Source of the DNA: Mytilus edulis | Taxonomy: Eukaryota | Direction of reading: 5' to 3' | NCBI RefSeq assembly: GCF_963676685.1 | Contig: NC_092347.1 | Span: 90,644,001-90,708,000 of the forward strand | Length of the DNA: 64,000 nucleotides | Shown here: positions 1 to 12,392 of the stretch, piece after piece | Layout of the letters: every line of letters begins with the position of its first letter | Position numbering within the stretch: position 1 is the first letter of the stretch | The notes under the pieces: generated by a model | Database searches by the model: none | What the model saw: only the letters and a program-made list of their open reading frames with translations | What the model was told of the DNA's origin: nothing | Translations under genes and position numbers: made by a program

Positions 1-142
1 TTTACTAGATATCATTTTTTTTCTTTGACATATTCCTCATTTCCATTCTCAATTTTATTACACACTATTTAAATTATAAGCATGTGTGAGTTTCTATAAC
101 TGTTTAAAAATAAATGCTGAAAAAAGTATTCTATAACAAATA

Positions 143-758
143 AACAGCTACTCTATGAGCGCATGATACGCCCGTCGCCCTTTTTGAAATATTCGATTAC
201 TTCCTTATGTCATATCTGATATTTAAAAATTTAAAGAGAGCTTCAGTCAATATATATAAACAATACACCAAAGTTTTATGAGAACTGCTGAAAACATTTT
301 TGAGTTATTGACCGAAAACTGGAAAATACCCTCTTTTTTAATGAATAAAACCCCTCAACTCAATAACATAAAATCTAAAATTAATGAAAATAGAAAGGGC
401 GCTTACAACAAAAGCTATAACGTAAAATCTCAATCTTATAAAAATTGAAAGGGAGCTCATGTCAATAGATATAAACAATTCACTAAAATTCCGTGCAAAT
501 TTGTGAAAGGATTTATGAGATATTATCAGAAAACAGAAAAAACAACCATTTTTATTAAATAAAACCCCATTACTCAAAAAATTTAAATCTGAAATTTATA
601 AAAAAAAAAAACGAAGGGGAGCTCACGTCAATAGATATAAACATTTTTCCAAAGTTTTATGCAAAATGGTTGAAGAGTGTTGGAGTTAATGTTTGACATG
701 TTGACGACAGACGGACAACAGTTTTCCATAATACGTCCCGTAAACGAGCGTATGAAAA
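143..758. mobile_element. HINE/pearl-like (Helentron-associated) non-autonomous element with internal ~170-bp tandem repeats
   Basis: Subterminal ATACGCCCGTC (~166) is mirrored by the terminal hairpin ATACGTCCCGTAAACGAGCGTAT (~731-753). A GACA/GACGGAC microsatellite-like tract lies at ~703-718. About three degenerate internal units share GGGAGCTCA(T/C)GTCAATAGATATAAACA. Confidence 0.55.
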
Positions 759-1384
759 TATACTGAGTAGTAAACACATTCTAGATACATAATTTTAAGA
801 ACATGTTCATAGAAAATTGAATTCATTACAAAGGATTATACCCGTTATAAGAAATACTGGATCTGTCAATGACCCGACTTATTTTAATATTTCATTTACT
901 GTTATCTGTTTTTGTCCATTTTAATTCCTTGTTATCTGTTATAAGCCAAATCAATTTGCTGTTTTGCTGTTATTGGGACCCCCTTGCCCCCTCTAAGAAC
1001 GAACTATAAAAAAATCAGTTGAAAAAAGCTTACTGCTGACATCTTTTCTTTCCTCATAATTCTACATGTTCTTCGTATGTAGTCAGCCACATATGTATAA
1101 AGTAAATCCTCACCAAGATGAGCAACTTCATCTCTATGATTTATGTTGAATGTTTTTTCTCTGGAATGTTTTGTTGAATATGTTTTCACCTTTTTTGGTC
1201 GTAGTAATTATTCTACGAATCTTTACTTATTGAATTGCTTATATCTCTATATTTTCTTTAAATGTTATTATATATATATATATATATAAAAAAAGAGATA
1301 CAGTTTGTATTCATTTTTTATTAAAAACAGTATAAAAACAAATGGTATAACATCGACGTCAATTCTTCATGGACTTCTTGGATG

Positions 1385-3093
1385 CTAATATGTTCCTGTT
1401 TTACCTAAAATGACGAAAACAATATTGAAATAATAAGGTGATTGCATTACATTATTGAAGGAAGAGCAGTTCATTCTCCAAAGATTAAGTTAAATGTACA
1501 TTCCGTTAAATGCTCAGTTTTATGTTTATTTCGGCTGTTCATACCTTTTCTAATTTTTCCGTACTTCTCCTTTTTGTCCCTTTAGTATTAAATGTTTGAT
1601 TCAGAACATCGGTATCAAAGTTATTTAAATCACTTTCAAATAAGACAGGAAAAAAAAGGTTTATTGGAAACGACTATTTCAAAATTTATTTAAATTCTTC
1701 TAATCTTTCAAATCAATGTTCATTTTTTATATATTACGTTGATGATATAGTTTTAGTGTAAAAATATATTGCTAATGTCAAAATAGTGTAAAGTACAAGC
1801 AATTAATGTAATGTTATCACAAAATATTGGACCTTTTATTACCATTTCAAATAATTTTGTAATTATTCATTATGTGGCATACTCTGTTTTACGATGTACT
1901 CCATTCATATTCATGAATTGGGATTTAATTTATATCAGTCATTTTTTATGAATGCAATTTTGTATGAATCTCCCTCTCAGGTAACAATTTGACAATTGTA
2001 ATTATATCATATGTATAAAATTTCGTATTCAAATAAAGGCAACAGTAGTATACCGCTGTTCAAAACTCATAAATCCAGGGACAAAAAACAAAATCGGGGT
2101 AACAAACTAAAACCGAGGGAAACGCATTAAATATAAGAGGAGAACAACGACATAACACCGAAACGTAACACACACAGAAACGGACCAAGCATCAGACAAA
2201 ACACCACGAGAATAACAAATATAACATGAAAACCAAATACATGAATTTGGGATAGACAAGTACCGTGCCACGTCTGATCTCAATATCTCAAAAATAAGAG
2301 AAAACACAAACGACTCAACGTTAAAATGCAACACACACAGAAACGAACAATAATATAACAATTGTTATTTTTATTTGGAGATTTACGATTATTATTTTTA
2401 TTTGGAGATTTACGATTACTTACCTCCAAATTTACCGAAACTGCTTAATCCATTTAGACCTTGTCTTCCATTTATGAGTCCACCGTTGAAGCCAAAACCT
2501 TTTATACCACCAATACCATATGATCCAAAGCCATTTAAACCACCATATGATCCAAAACCATTCAAACCACCAATACCATAAGATCCAAAACCATTCAAAC
2601 CACCAATACCATAAGATCCATAATTGTTAAGACCGGATGCCCCGTTGATACCATACGCCCCATAACCATTTAAATTGTTATTTCCAACAATTCCTCGACT
2701 GTATCCATAACCCATGGAAGCTCCGATTCCTTTACCGTGAACACCGTGATTTCCATTTCCACTGAATCCATTCAAACCCCTTCCGTTCATAAACCCGTTT
2801 CCAGGATATCCACTTTGTACACTATATCCATTGTATCCAGCATATCCGCCAATGTTTAATGGTGAACCGTAACCAAAAGCGTTGTTGGAATATCCCCCAT
2901 ATCCATAACCTAATCTGCCATAAATCGGATATCCGAATCCACCATTTCCTTGAAATCCAATACTACCAATATTACCTGGTCCAAATGGATTTCCGTATGT
3001 TTTCAGGTTATATTTGGGACTATATCCTTTTTCTCCGGCCTCCGATGCCACAATTCCAACAAGGGCTAAACAAATCAATACTATTGGTAGCAT
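1385..3093 (-). CDS. Secreted Gly/Tyr/Asn-rich structural protein, type A, copy A1 (229 aa; coding exons 3093-2424 and 1404-1385; C-terminus KFGGKTGTY)
   Basis: Acceptor tttcAG|aaccactaaccATG; signal peptide MLPIVLICLALVGIVAS; GGLNGFGSY(GI) repeats. Donor GGAG|GTAAGT at 2424/2423, acceptor ttttAG|GTAAAACAGGAACATATTAG. Spliced length 690 nt, in frame. Same structure in all paralogues. Confidence 0.9.
2031..2360. mobile_element. Interspersed repeat (AAATAAAGGCAACAGTAGTATACCG family), truncated insertion in intron 2 of A1
   Basis: Absent from intron 2 of A4 and A6. A second, inverted and shorter copy lies at ~36118-36314 and is absent from the paralogous site at ~22820. Confidence 0.75.
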
Positions 3094-3328
3094 GGTTAGT
3101 GGTTCTGAAACGATATGCATTTCTGATCAACTAATGATAATGTATTTGAAATTTCAAAATATTGGCCAATCAGGATGACAGAGTAAGTTGAAAATATATA
3201 AGAAGGTAAAACTTATCCTGGCGTCAAAAGTTCATGAAACTTATTTAAAAAGAAACAAATGCGACATATACGGGTACCAAAAATGAAAAATCATTATGTT
3301 AAAAACCAACACGAAACATACATTTTAC

Positions 3329-3634
3329 CTTTGTGTCTTTCTATGGTGGTGTGTTCCTTGTGGTACTTTTTGATTGTTGTGCTTTATATATCATAATCTC
3401 TGACCAAACGTTTTGTTATAATCAGTTATAAAATAGACATTTGACAATGATTAACATGTGTAATAGTGGGTTCTATTTAAACAAGGTTAACCACCATGAT
3501 AGAAAACTATTGTCATCAATTATTGGTTGCTATTGTTTTACTCGTTATTGTCATCGTGGTCTGTTGAAAAATAATACCTATTAGTGACATTTGCTATGCA
3601 TTGTACATGTTTAATTCAGTATGAGAGAAATTCC
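3329..3634 (-). promoter_or_regulatory. Promoter and non-coding exon 1 of A1
   Basis: TATATAAA at 3390-3383; exon-1 donor CAAAG|GTAAAA at 3329/3328; conserved upstream module shared with the paralogues; kB-like site at 3625-3634 (one mismatch). Confidence 0.75.
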
Positions 3635-4107
3635 TCATTATTGAAGTATTTATACACATTCACTGGTATTCAAATTGCTTATTTCTGGTTATTTCATTAG
3701 TGTCATTTATAACTATATTTGTTATTTATCTATTTAAGATTAAAACACTTTTAAACATCGTTGACCTATATATTTCACAACATTCGGAAAGGTCATCGTT
3801 TTATTGTTTTGTTATAAAAGTTGAATGGTGATGTATTTTTTTTTATTAAAGAACATGTATGGTAATAAGATGACATAAATATATCAAGTGTATTTCATTT
3901 ATAAGTACATTCATTGAAATAACAAGTTTGCGCATCTTTGGTTCATTCTAAATTAAAAACTGACAAGTATTATATAACCTCATTGGTTGATATCTTTGGC
4001 GGAAGTACATGTGATACATCCTCATTCTTTCAATATCCAAGCTGTGGGAAGGTCGTGCTTCACGTGTTGTCGGCAAAGTAACTATATTCTTTAACTTTTA
4101 CTTTCAT

Positions 4108-4470
4108 TTGCCTTGGTGGCAATATAGCCTTGGTGGCTTTAATACCTTGGTGGTCATTTATATATGCCTTGGTGGCAAAAGATCTAGGTGGTCATTTATA
4201 TATGCCTTGGTGGCAATAGACCTAGGTGGTCATTTTTATATGCCTTTGTGGCAATAGACCTAGGTGGTCATTTTTATAATTTTTTACATTTGCCTTGATG
4301 GCAATATTAAATTAAAAATACTACCCTTTGGGGCGTCAAGACCTTGGTGGTCATTTATATATGCCTTGACGGCTTCTTGATAGAACTAGATAGTAATGTT
4401 TGACCTTGGTGGCAAAATGTTTTGGGATTTGGACCTTGGCCGGTAGTTATTATCAACCCAGGTGGTCAGA
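4108..4470. repeat. Array of about 13 CC(T/A)TGGTGG-type motifs, partly in 38-bp dimeric units
   Basis: GCCTTGGTGGCAATA and GACCTAGGTGGTCATTTATATAT alternate through the region. Confidence 0.85.
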
Positions 4471-6752
4471 TATTTGTTATGCCGTAAACGCAGGACAAAG
4501 TGCTATCGCTATATAAAATATATGTGGAAGTGGGGGTTCTGGCCAATTTGGGAACCTGTAATTGAAAGGAGAATAATAAATTGTTTATAGCGTAAAAAGT
4601 TTCTTTTGTTTCTTTTGAGTGTTGTGCACTTTTCATTGATAATTACATCGTACATACTGATAAAAATGCTTTTTAAAGACTTTGTTAGAAAAGAAAAGAA
4701 ATATTGAGAAAGTGAAATAATTTAGTGTGACATGTCACTTGGTATTATTGTTAGAATGAAATTCATAACAGTGTAGCTATGGCCATTCATTGACTGGGGA
4801 AAATTAGGTGAACGTTCGTCTGTAATGCCCACTACTCACGACGTACTTATCATATACATTTAAACTGTGAGGTCACCAAAGGTTCTTAACGCCTAAATAA
4901 AATGATTAAAAATACTAATCAGGAATTACCTTTGTAATTTGAAAATAAATAAAAATGGCCTTCAACACGGAGTCTTGGCTCACACCGAACAGCAAGCTAT
5001 AAAGGTTGAATACTTAAAATTCTTTACTTGATTTTTTGTTATGGTTTGACCATCAATTTTCCTAATATGATATCGCACGTTCTTTCAGATTTTTTTTTTT
5101 TACTTAATTGGCTTTAAAAGTTACAATGCATGATGTCGTCTGGTTATGTAGTTCATATGTGTTTTTCGTTTCTCGTTGGTTTTCCCGTTTGAATGGTTTT
5201 ACACTAGTAGTTTTGGGGCCCTCTATAACTTGCTGTTCGGTGTGAGCCAAGGCTCCGTGTTGCAGGTCGTACCTTGACCTATAATGGTTTACTTCTATGA
5301 ATTATTTCTTGGGAGGAGAGTTGTCTCGTTGGCACTCATACCACATCTTCCTATATCTATCTATATCTATACATTTGTTTTTCAACAAAAGAATACATCA
5401 CAAGAATATAAGTTTTATAAGAAACGTGAGAAATTGTGTTGGACTTGAAGATAAGGCAAAGTGACAAATATCAGAAAGAATGAATCGTTTTATGGTATTA
5501 AACAAAGAAATCAAATGATTTTTTAATTATCCAGAACTCTTCACAAACAAAACCCACATGTATACGCATTGAATAAATAGTAGGCCATTCTAAAATGATC
5601 ACACCGTAGAAGTAGTTGTGCTCTTAATCAATGAGATATTTTGTGAATTAACCCCATCAACTTAATAGTTTTTTTAACAATGGATAAACCTATTTTTTTT
5701 TATTATTATTAAATAATATCATCTCTGAACATTATTATTCTTATAAATGACACGGTTGTATGTGATGATTATAATAAATATTTAAAACAAATTCCTTTCA
5801 AGCTTTGTAAAAAGAAAGTTTCATTTTATGTATCGGAATGTGTAACAAGTGAATATTTCAATCCCCACTGGAAGGCCTCTGACAGACTGGGTGAGCATAA
5901 AATCATAGCCGTTGACAAACAAGTTACAACCTACAAACGTTTTACTGTCGACCACACTGTTATGCAATTAATTATATTTACCGGAGTGATGTGTATTGAA
6001 TTATGAGGTGTCTTCGTCGAGGTCAGCGTTCAGCGGTCTGTTTGATTGTTCATAAAATTGAATAGAATGAATGGTAAAAATACGGATATATTAACACTAA
6101 ATTATGTATGTCTGTGTTGAGAAAGGCAAAAGAAGTCAATATGGCACGGTATTAAAAAAAAAACAACAAAAAAAAAATAATAATAATTGATGGAAGCAGC
6201 TTTATGGTCAAATGAACCTATTAAGTAATTCTAATAACTTGTCCGTAATTTCATGTGGATGTATATATAATTGCATTGATGTGTTAAAATGTGTCACATA
6301 AATCTGTTGTCTTGGCAGATTAAATAATGATTGTACCATTTTTTGTTTTGTTTAATAAATATATATGTTGAATGATTTTGTATACTAGTACAAATGTATA
6401 CTGAAATTTTATTTATGGTTAAATTTTTTAATTTAAATTTCTTTGTCTACTGTTCGAGGGACACTGATTCCCTAGTGGTTTTTCCACGTGGATTGTAGGC
6501 AAAGGGATTTTTCCTTTTCGAAGTGTGACTTCTGCTGTCTTAAGTACAAATAAACAGCTTGTTATTGGTTAATATATTTTCAGCAGAGTTGTGAAGAATC
6601 AAGTGGAAATACAATTGTCAATGTTCCTGATTAGGAAGTAAAATGTGTGTTTGATTCAACAGCAGTAAAGAAAGAGACAAGCCAGCATAGGTTACACTTG
6701 GAGGTGAAGTTCCTTTGCTTACAAGCTTTCCATATGCCAAAGATGTTATTAA

Positions 6753-7346
6753 GGTTCATCATAAGGAATTGAAAAATATGGCCGTGCTTACATGTTGCCT
6801 CCAAAATTACTATGAGTACAGACAAACTGGTACATTCAGGAAAGTTTTAAGACATGGCAGGAACTAGATATATAAAAGTTATATGAAGTCTACGTTTCAG
6901 AAAATTAAAAACTTAACTGGATTTTGATGTTAATTTTTTTCCAGTCTGCAGAAGATAGCAAAATAAACAAACACCCGAGTTTCATTTGATACGGTCCACT
7001 CAGTTACACAGTTTAAACCTGTTAAATCACCTATTGTTTACAGGTGTCTATTGTCCATCTATTGTCCATTTAAATCAATACTACTCACAACATTGATTAT
7101 ATGAGAGGAGCTTCTCAATCGTTTTCACTACTTAGTTAATTTTTGCACCTTCTGCAGGAACGAAAAAAAATGGATAGCAAAATCTAGAAAAGTTTATAAT
7201 TTTCTGTAACATAAAATGCATTTAGAATTTATATATCTAGTTCCTGCCATCCCTTAAAACTGTTGCAGGTGTATAGGTTAGTCTGTACTCAGAGTAAAAT
7301 TTGGGGTGTAAATACGGCCATTTTAGCCAAAAGGTTATGATGAACC
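6753..7346. mobile_element. Fold-back MITE with TTAA target duplication (Kolobok-like ends), nested in the 4.7-kb element
   Basis: TTAA|GGTTCATCATAA...TTATGATGAACC|TTAA. Long imperfect inverted arms, e.g. ATGGCAGGAACTAGATATATAAA / TTTATATATCTAGTTCCTGCCAT. Confidence 0.75.
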
Positions 7347-8907
7347 TTAAAAATGACAATGTTCATTTTTATATGATTTCATTGCCTTAACTCGAACTTT
7401 AAAAGTCTATGTGGTCAAATTCATGAGAATTTATTGGATTATGAAGTATTTATACAGAACTGTGTACATGTATCTTGAAATTTTTAGAAGTGTTTTAAAG
7501 TAATTAAGGAATAATATTTAATAAAAGTGTTAAAAGATATTTTTGTTTTGAGTATTGGGAATACTATTACTTCGGAGAAAGCCTTGCTAGTGGTGTAATT
7601 TGAGATTGGCCTGCAAATAAGCTGTATGGATTATAGAGTTTTCTATGCCCATAACTTAACATGAACTGGATGCAAGATTATATCAATCACTGAGGATATG
7701 TGTATAACCTCATTGGTTGATATCTTTGGCGGAAGTACATGTGATACATCCTCATTCTTTCAATATCCAAGTGGTGGTTGGTTTAAGGGCTATGTTTTGG
7801 TCAGGCAATACTTATTGCTTATTGCCTGTTTGGGTTGATGAGAAGTTCCCCCCTCTCCCACCCATAAGTACCAAAATGTGGATTTGTTTTTTATATTCAT
7901 ATTTTAATATTGGTATTACATGTATGCATTTTGGGTTGATGAGTACGAGAAAACATTAAAAAAAAACCATAAGCATTACCATGGGATCATGTTGATGGAA
8001 CACTCCTTCGCTTTATCGATTTTTAAGGGAAAGGTCAAATAGGTCAAATAGTAAGATCACAAAAATACCGAACTTAGAGGAAAATCAATTCGGCAAGTCC
8101 ATAATCACATGGCAAAATCAAATAAAAACGCATCAAAAACGAATGGACAAGAACTGTCATATTCCTGACTTAGTACAGGCATTTTCAATTGTAAAAAATG
8201 GTGGATTAAACCTGGTTTTATAGCGCTAACCATTTCACTTTGATGACAGTCTCATCAAATTCCGTTATATTTACATTGATGCGTAAACTAAACAGACACA
8301 ATAAATAAAAGTCAAAATATGGGTACATCAATCATCATCGTATAACAATCAAGTGTATTGGTATGTCTGTGCTTACTTTTTCATTACAATGGTAAAAATA
8401 AGATTATATATCTCGGATGACAATAATGTTGATTATAATGCTTAATTTTATGAGCTCCAGAGTAGTTGTATAAGAAACAACTGCGCACTTTATCCAGTGA
8501 GCTCTTGTGCATTGCATTGTGCATAGTAGTCCACATTTTGGTTTCTGAAACGTATAGATATTATCTTGTATTCGGTTCTTTCCTCTAGAGTTTTCTATGC
8601 CCATAACTTAACATGAACTGCAAGATTATATCAATCACTGAGAATATGTGTAGATCAACCAAATAACATTATACAAATGTACCAATATTTTACCAACAGT
8701 ATTATTTTTTTTTTATTCTTTTAATCTTGGCTTACTTATTTGTTACTAAATATTTTTTGCATTTATCATATAACGCTCAGTTGATTTATAAACTGTTGTT
8801 TTTCTTATGGTTCGAAAAAGTATTTCAAAAAGAGTAATTCTTGCGTGATGTTGTAGGCCAATATATATATAGTGGAAAGTCGAAACTTAACATCGAAAAT
8901 GATACGG

Positions 8908-8951
8908 GCGTCACTGATGAGTCTTTGGAAGACGAAACGCGAGTGTGACGT
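8908..8951 (+). ncRNA. Minimal type I hammerhead ribozyme motif, probably inactive, in an ~83-bp insertion (8910-8992)
   Basis: GCGTCA-CTGATGA-GTC(TTTGGAA)GAC-GAA-ACGCGAGT-G-TGACGT. The cleavage triplet reads GUG instead of GUC. The insertion is absent at the paralogous site ~30370-30395. Confidence 0.7.
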
Positions 8952-11699
8952 ATATATAAAATTTAGTCCTGGTATCTATGATGAGTTTATTTTCGGATAT
9001 ATGAAATTATTAACGTGTTGTTTCAATTTGTTTTTCGGTCTTTCTAAAATGAATAATAAATATTTCAAAACATTATGTGTATCAGATCAGAATTTTTGTC
9101 CGCACTATATACCTTAAACAAATTATATGCAACAAATCAAACACATGTACCATGCTTATTCATACTTATGGTAATTTCACTGATAACACAGTGTGGGAAC
9201 GGAACTGTACGGTTTTCTAATAATTTGGTCATTCGGGAGACTGTCAAGCGGTGCTCCGACATTTGCAAAATAACAAGTTGCTTGATGGAAACTTTGACGA
9301 ACTCTTATGTTACTATATAACGTTTCTGCTTCAAAATTTGATAGCTAAAACATTCTTTATGTAAATATGAACCTTAGAATGGTGGAGCTCCGTGTAAAAC
9401 GATCAAAATTGTCACACAACAGCGATCAAAATGTCAAATAAACATCGAAAAATCAATGTTTGCTACCTGAATTTTCACATGTACCTTTTCTGATATATAT
9501 TCTTACCTGTCTGAAAGTTTCAAAGCCATTGTCCCAGTAGAAATCCAAATATATTCATTTTCTCCATGTCGGGTATTTTTATTGACTGTACAATCGCTTG
9601 CAAGTTTACTGTAATATCACTCGGAGCCTTCCTGTACAATCGCTTGGAGCTTTTCTTTTCATCGTTTTGCCAACTAGACTACCCCGAAAGGAGGGTAACA
9701 TAGTTACTTTACCTTGTTATGACTTCACGGTACGGCTAGCAAGCAAGCTAGTCTAAGGTATTACTTTTTCCTACACACTCATTGCATTTTGCTGTAGTTT
9801 CTAGTGGCATATGACTAATTATAACTCTTAAGTGGATAATGCTTACTACTATCTCTTCTGCCACATTCATGATCAGTTTATGTATTCCATGATACTTTTG
9901 TCATATAAATATTTATTAAAACTACTGCAATCCAATACAATATATGTCTGGCATGATTTTTCTCTCCTTTTTCTGTTACGATTTAATAACAGTTAGTTAT
10001 TTGGTATTGTTATCATTTTTTTAAAACCTAAATTGCACACTCAAAAATGTTAATGATGTTTGAAGCTTTTATTTGAATGGATGCAGCCTGCATTAGCGGT
10101 TGAAACCCCATTTTCCCGATTTTTTAAAAATTTTTGTACGTTTCAGGATGTTCCGTGGTTTGGATCCCCTTTTGCAGAAAGACGGGATCCGCACATGGTC
10201 TAATATCGTCAATGATAGTATGCTGATCCGATCATTCATCTGATTTTGTTAGTTTGGTCTTCTGCTGTGCTAATTTTGGGGAGAAATGAGAGCACACAGA
10301 CATTTTTAACCCTGCCAAATTCTTTATATACCTGTTTCAAGTCAAGAGCTCGTAGTTCAGTTGTTGTCGTTGGTTCATGTCTGTCATATATGTTTTTCGT
10401 AAATTGTTTTATTATGAATTAGGCCGTCAGTCATAGTAAATTCGAAACGCATTGATTCTTATTTTTCATGTCGGGACCTTTTATAGCCGACTATAATTGC
10501 TTAAATCCATTTATTTTTTTAACTTTGACAATCATATCACATCTCCTTATTTTTATATTGATGATATAAATGTGGTTTAATAAACCAACTGTTTCGTTCA
10601 TTTGTCGGATGCTATAGTTGGGAATATTGAAAAGTTCCTGAATCGTGACATTGATATAAAAAAAATCATGTTGAAGGATTTTGTGTTTTCTCTGTCTTTC
10701 AGATATTAAGTCCTCTCCCATCCTTGATAAAATTTTATTTTACTAGAGCTCTTTCTACCAGTAGCTTTAGCTTGTAATAAACAGACATCTCATTTGAAAT
10801 TATACCAGATCTTCTTATTTTAATATCATGTTTATTGACATATACGTGTCTTTTCTTGGATCAGTGGTAAGCTACCACCATTCCACATTCGAATTCCTTG
10901 ATACAATATCCCGGTCCTTTGGTGAAAAATTCTTTGTTGTATTGTTCAAATATGTATTTATTAATTTTTTTCAAATTGCTGGTAAATAATATAATAAGTA
11001 AAATTCAAAATATGCTAATTACCCTTCAAGAGAATCTAGTCACCTTTTCGGTATATATAAATATTTATTTTGTACGAGGATTATTTTCATTTTTATTTTA
11101 GATTAGATTCTTAACATATTTTTTACTGTCCTTTTCATTTTGTCTTGTATACTTATTCAGTGGTTGTTTGTTTATATGTGTTACATATTTGTTTTTCGTT
11201 CATTTTTTGTACATAAATAAGCCGTTAGTTTTCTAGTTTTACATTGTTATTTCGGGGCATTTAATTTATAACTGACATGCTAAGAAATCCTCGCTAAAAA
11301 TTCCGGTCGACCTCCTACGGCAGTCATTAGTAGCTAAACATTTGATTTCATTCAAGAAATTAATTTATGACCTTCATGTACGTGTCGCTTAGAACACGAC
11401 CATATACCGAATGGTCAATATTAATCATCCATGTAATTTGCTCTATGGGGTGTTTGCAGAATTTCAACGGAGGCAATTTCTTGGCATGCTATGCGGTATG
11501 GCATTTGATCATTGTTGACGACTGTACGGTGACCTATAGCTGCTCTTTGGCAATCATAACACACCTTCTTTATTATATCTATTGCATACATTTTGTTTTT
11601 GTCTCTGATATAGTCACCTTGAAAGAGTTCCTTGATAGAATCTTAATCTTTTCAATGATTGAAAACAAAATGTCAGCCATGTAGTTGAGAGGAAAAATA

Positions 11700-11735
11700 A
11701 AGAACTGAAGAAGGTCAATGGCCGAAACGTCTTGA
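11700..11735 (+). ncRNA. Penelope-type minimal hammerhead-like motif
   Basis: CTGAAGA-A-GGTC(AAT)GGCC-GAAAC-GTC; stem I is weak. Confidence 0.45.
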
Positions 11736-11851
11736 AAAATTGGTTTATTTATACAATTATAAAAAGTATGTTCCCTATTGGAAGTTTAAAAACAAGAATC
11801 TTAATTGTCAAAATGACTGGTTATATGCTTATTTTCACTTCAAATACCATA

Positions 11852-12392
11852 TCTATAATACTAAAATTACGAGGTCCAATTTGTCAGCCGTCATCACGTA
11901 AAAACGATGAATCAAAGAATTCAACTTTATATATAACTAATATAGTACAATGGTGTTGATTAAAAATTACACCACTCTAGGCCCATTTGTTTTCCACGTA
12001 ATTAATATTGCCAATAATTAAGAAGTTCCGGATCGAATCCGACACCGATACCAATAGTATATTCACCTGTTACCTGTTACCTTATCTGTGCGTTCCGCAT
12101 CTGACAGGCGCACCACCAAACAGTGTATTTAGAATTTTGCTGTATACTGTTGAGTAAAAACTACTTCATTCCAGGCCCTTTTGTTTTCCAAATTATTAAT
12201 ATTACTAATAATTGAAAGGTTCCAGGTCGACGGGTTCAAACAGAAAGATTTTGAAAGCAGAGAAAACTGTGCACCTTATAATACATGTTATAATCGGCAT
12301 GATTTTATCAGATGACAATACCAATACTAAAATAAGTCATACTCATAGTTATATACCAGTCACGGACCTGCGATATCACGGGTGTGTTCTAG
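11852..12392 (+). mobile_element. Non-autonomous Helitron nested in the Transib-like element
   Basis: A|TCTATAATACTAAAAT 5' end; 3' hairpin CCTGCGATATCACGGG followed by TGTGTTCTAG|T; inserted between A and T with no TSD. Confidence 0.8.

Larger units (their letters stand above)
3975..8650. mobile_element. 4.7-kb insertion with split direct repeats (A...BA...B), probable non-autonomous tyrosine-recombinase-type element or a tandem pair of elements sharing ends
   Basis: Empty site CTGACAAGTATTATAGATCAACC (reverse complement at ~30601-30623 and ~45064-45086); flanked by TA. Repeat A (TAACCTCATTGG...ATATCCAAG) at 3975-4041 and 7705-7771. Repeat B (AGAGTTTTCTATGCCC...ATATGTG) at ~7635-7702 and ~8587-8650. 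Confidence 0.75.

Noticed and set aside
2375-2581. Pro/Lys/Tyr-rich ORFs (PYDPKPFKPPI repeats; also 19217-19420 and 25427-25708) superficially like mussel foot protein 1
   Set aside because: They are antisense shadows of the Gly-rich repeats (GGN codons read as NCC/CCA). They have no signal peptide, promoter or conserved boundaries.
3094-3120. N-terminal extensions in the ORF track (MHIVSEPLT, MKIVSEPTN, MKECFNTISESTN)
   Set aside because: These starts lie in intron 1 upstream of the conserved tttcAG acceptor. A6 lacks them, and the true ATG begins the signal peptide.
2859-3134. Recurrent antisense ORFs MVNRNQKRCWNIPH... (also 19656, 31507, 37928, 47048, 54832)
   Set aside because: They recur only because the sense gene is duplicated; there is no independent evidence of coding.
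4108-4470. Possible CRISPR-like array
   Set aside because: Spacers are very short, repetitive and non-unique; the context is eukaryotic and there are no cas genes.
9187-9230. Full 12/23 recombination signal sequences
   Set aside because: The heptamer is perfect but there is no nonamer at 12 or 23 bp, and the two ends are symmetric.
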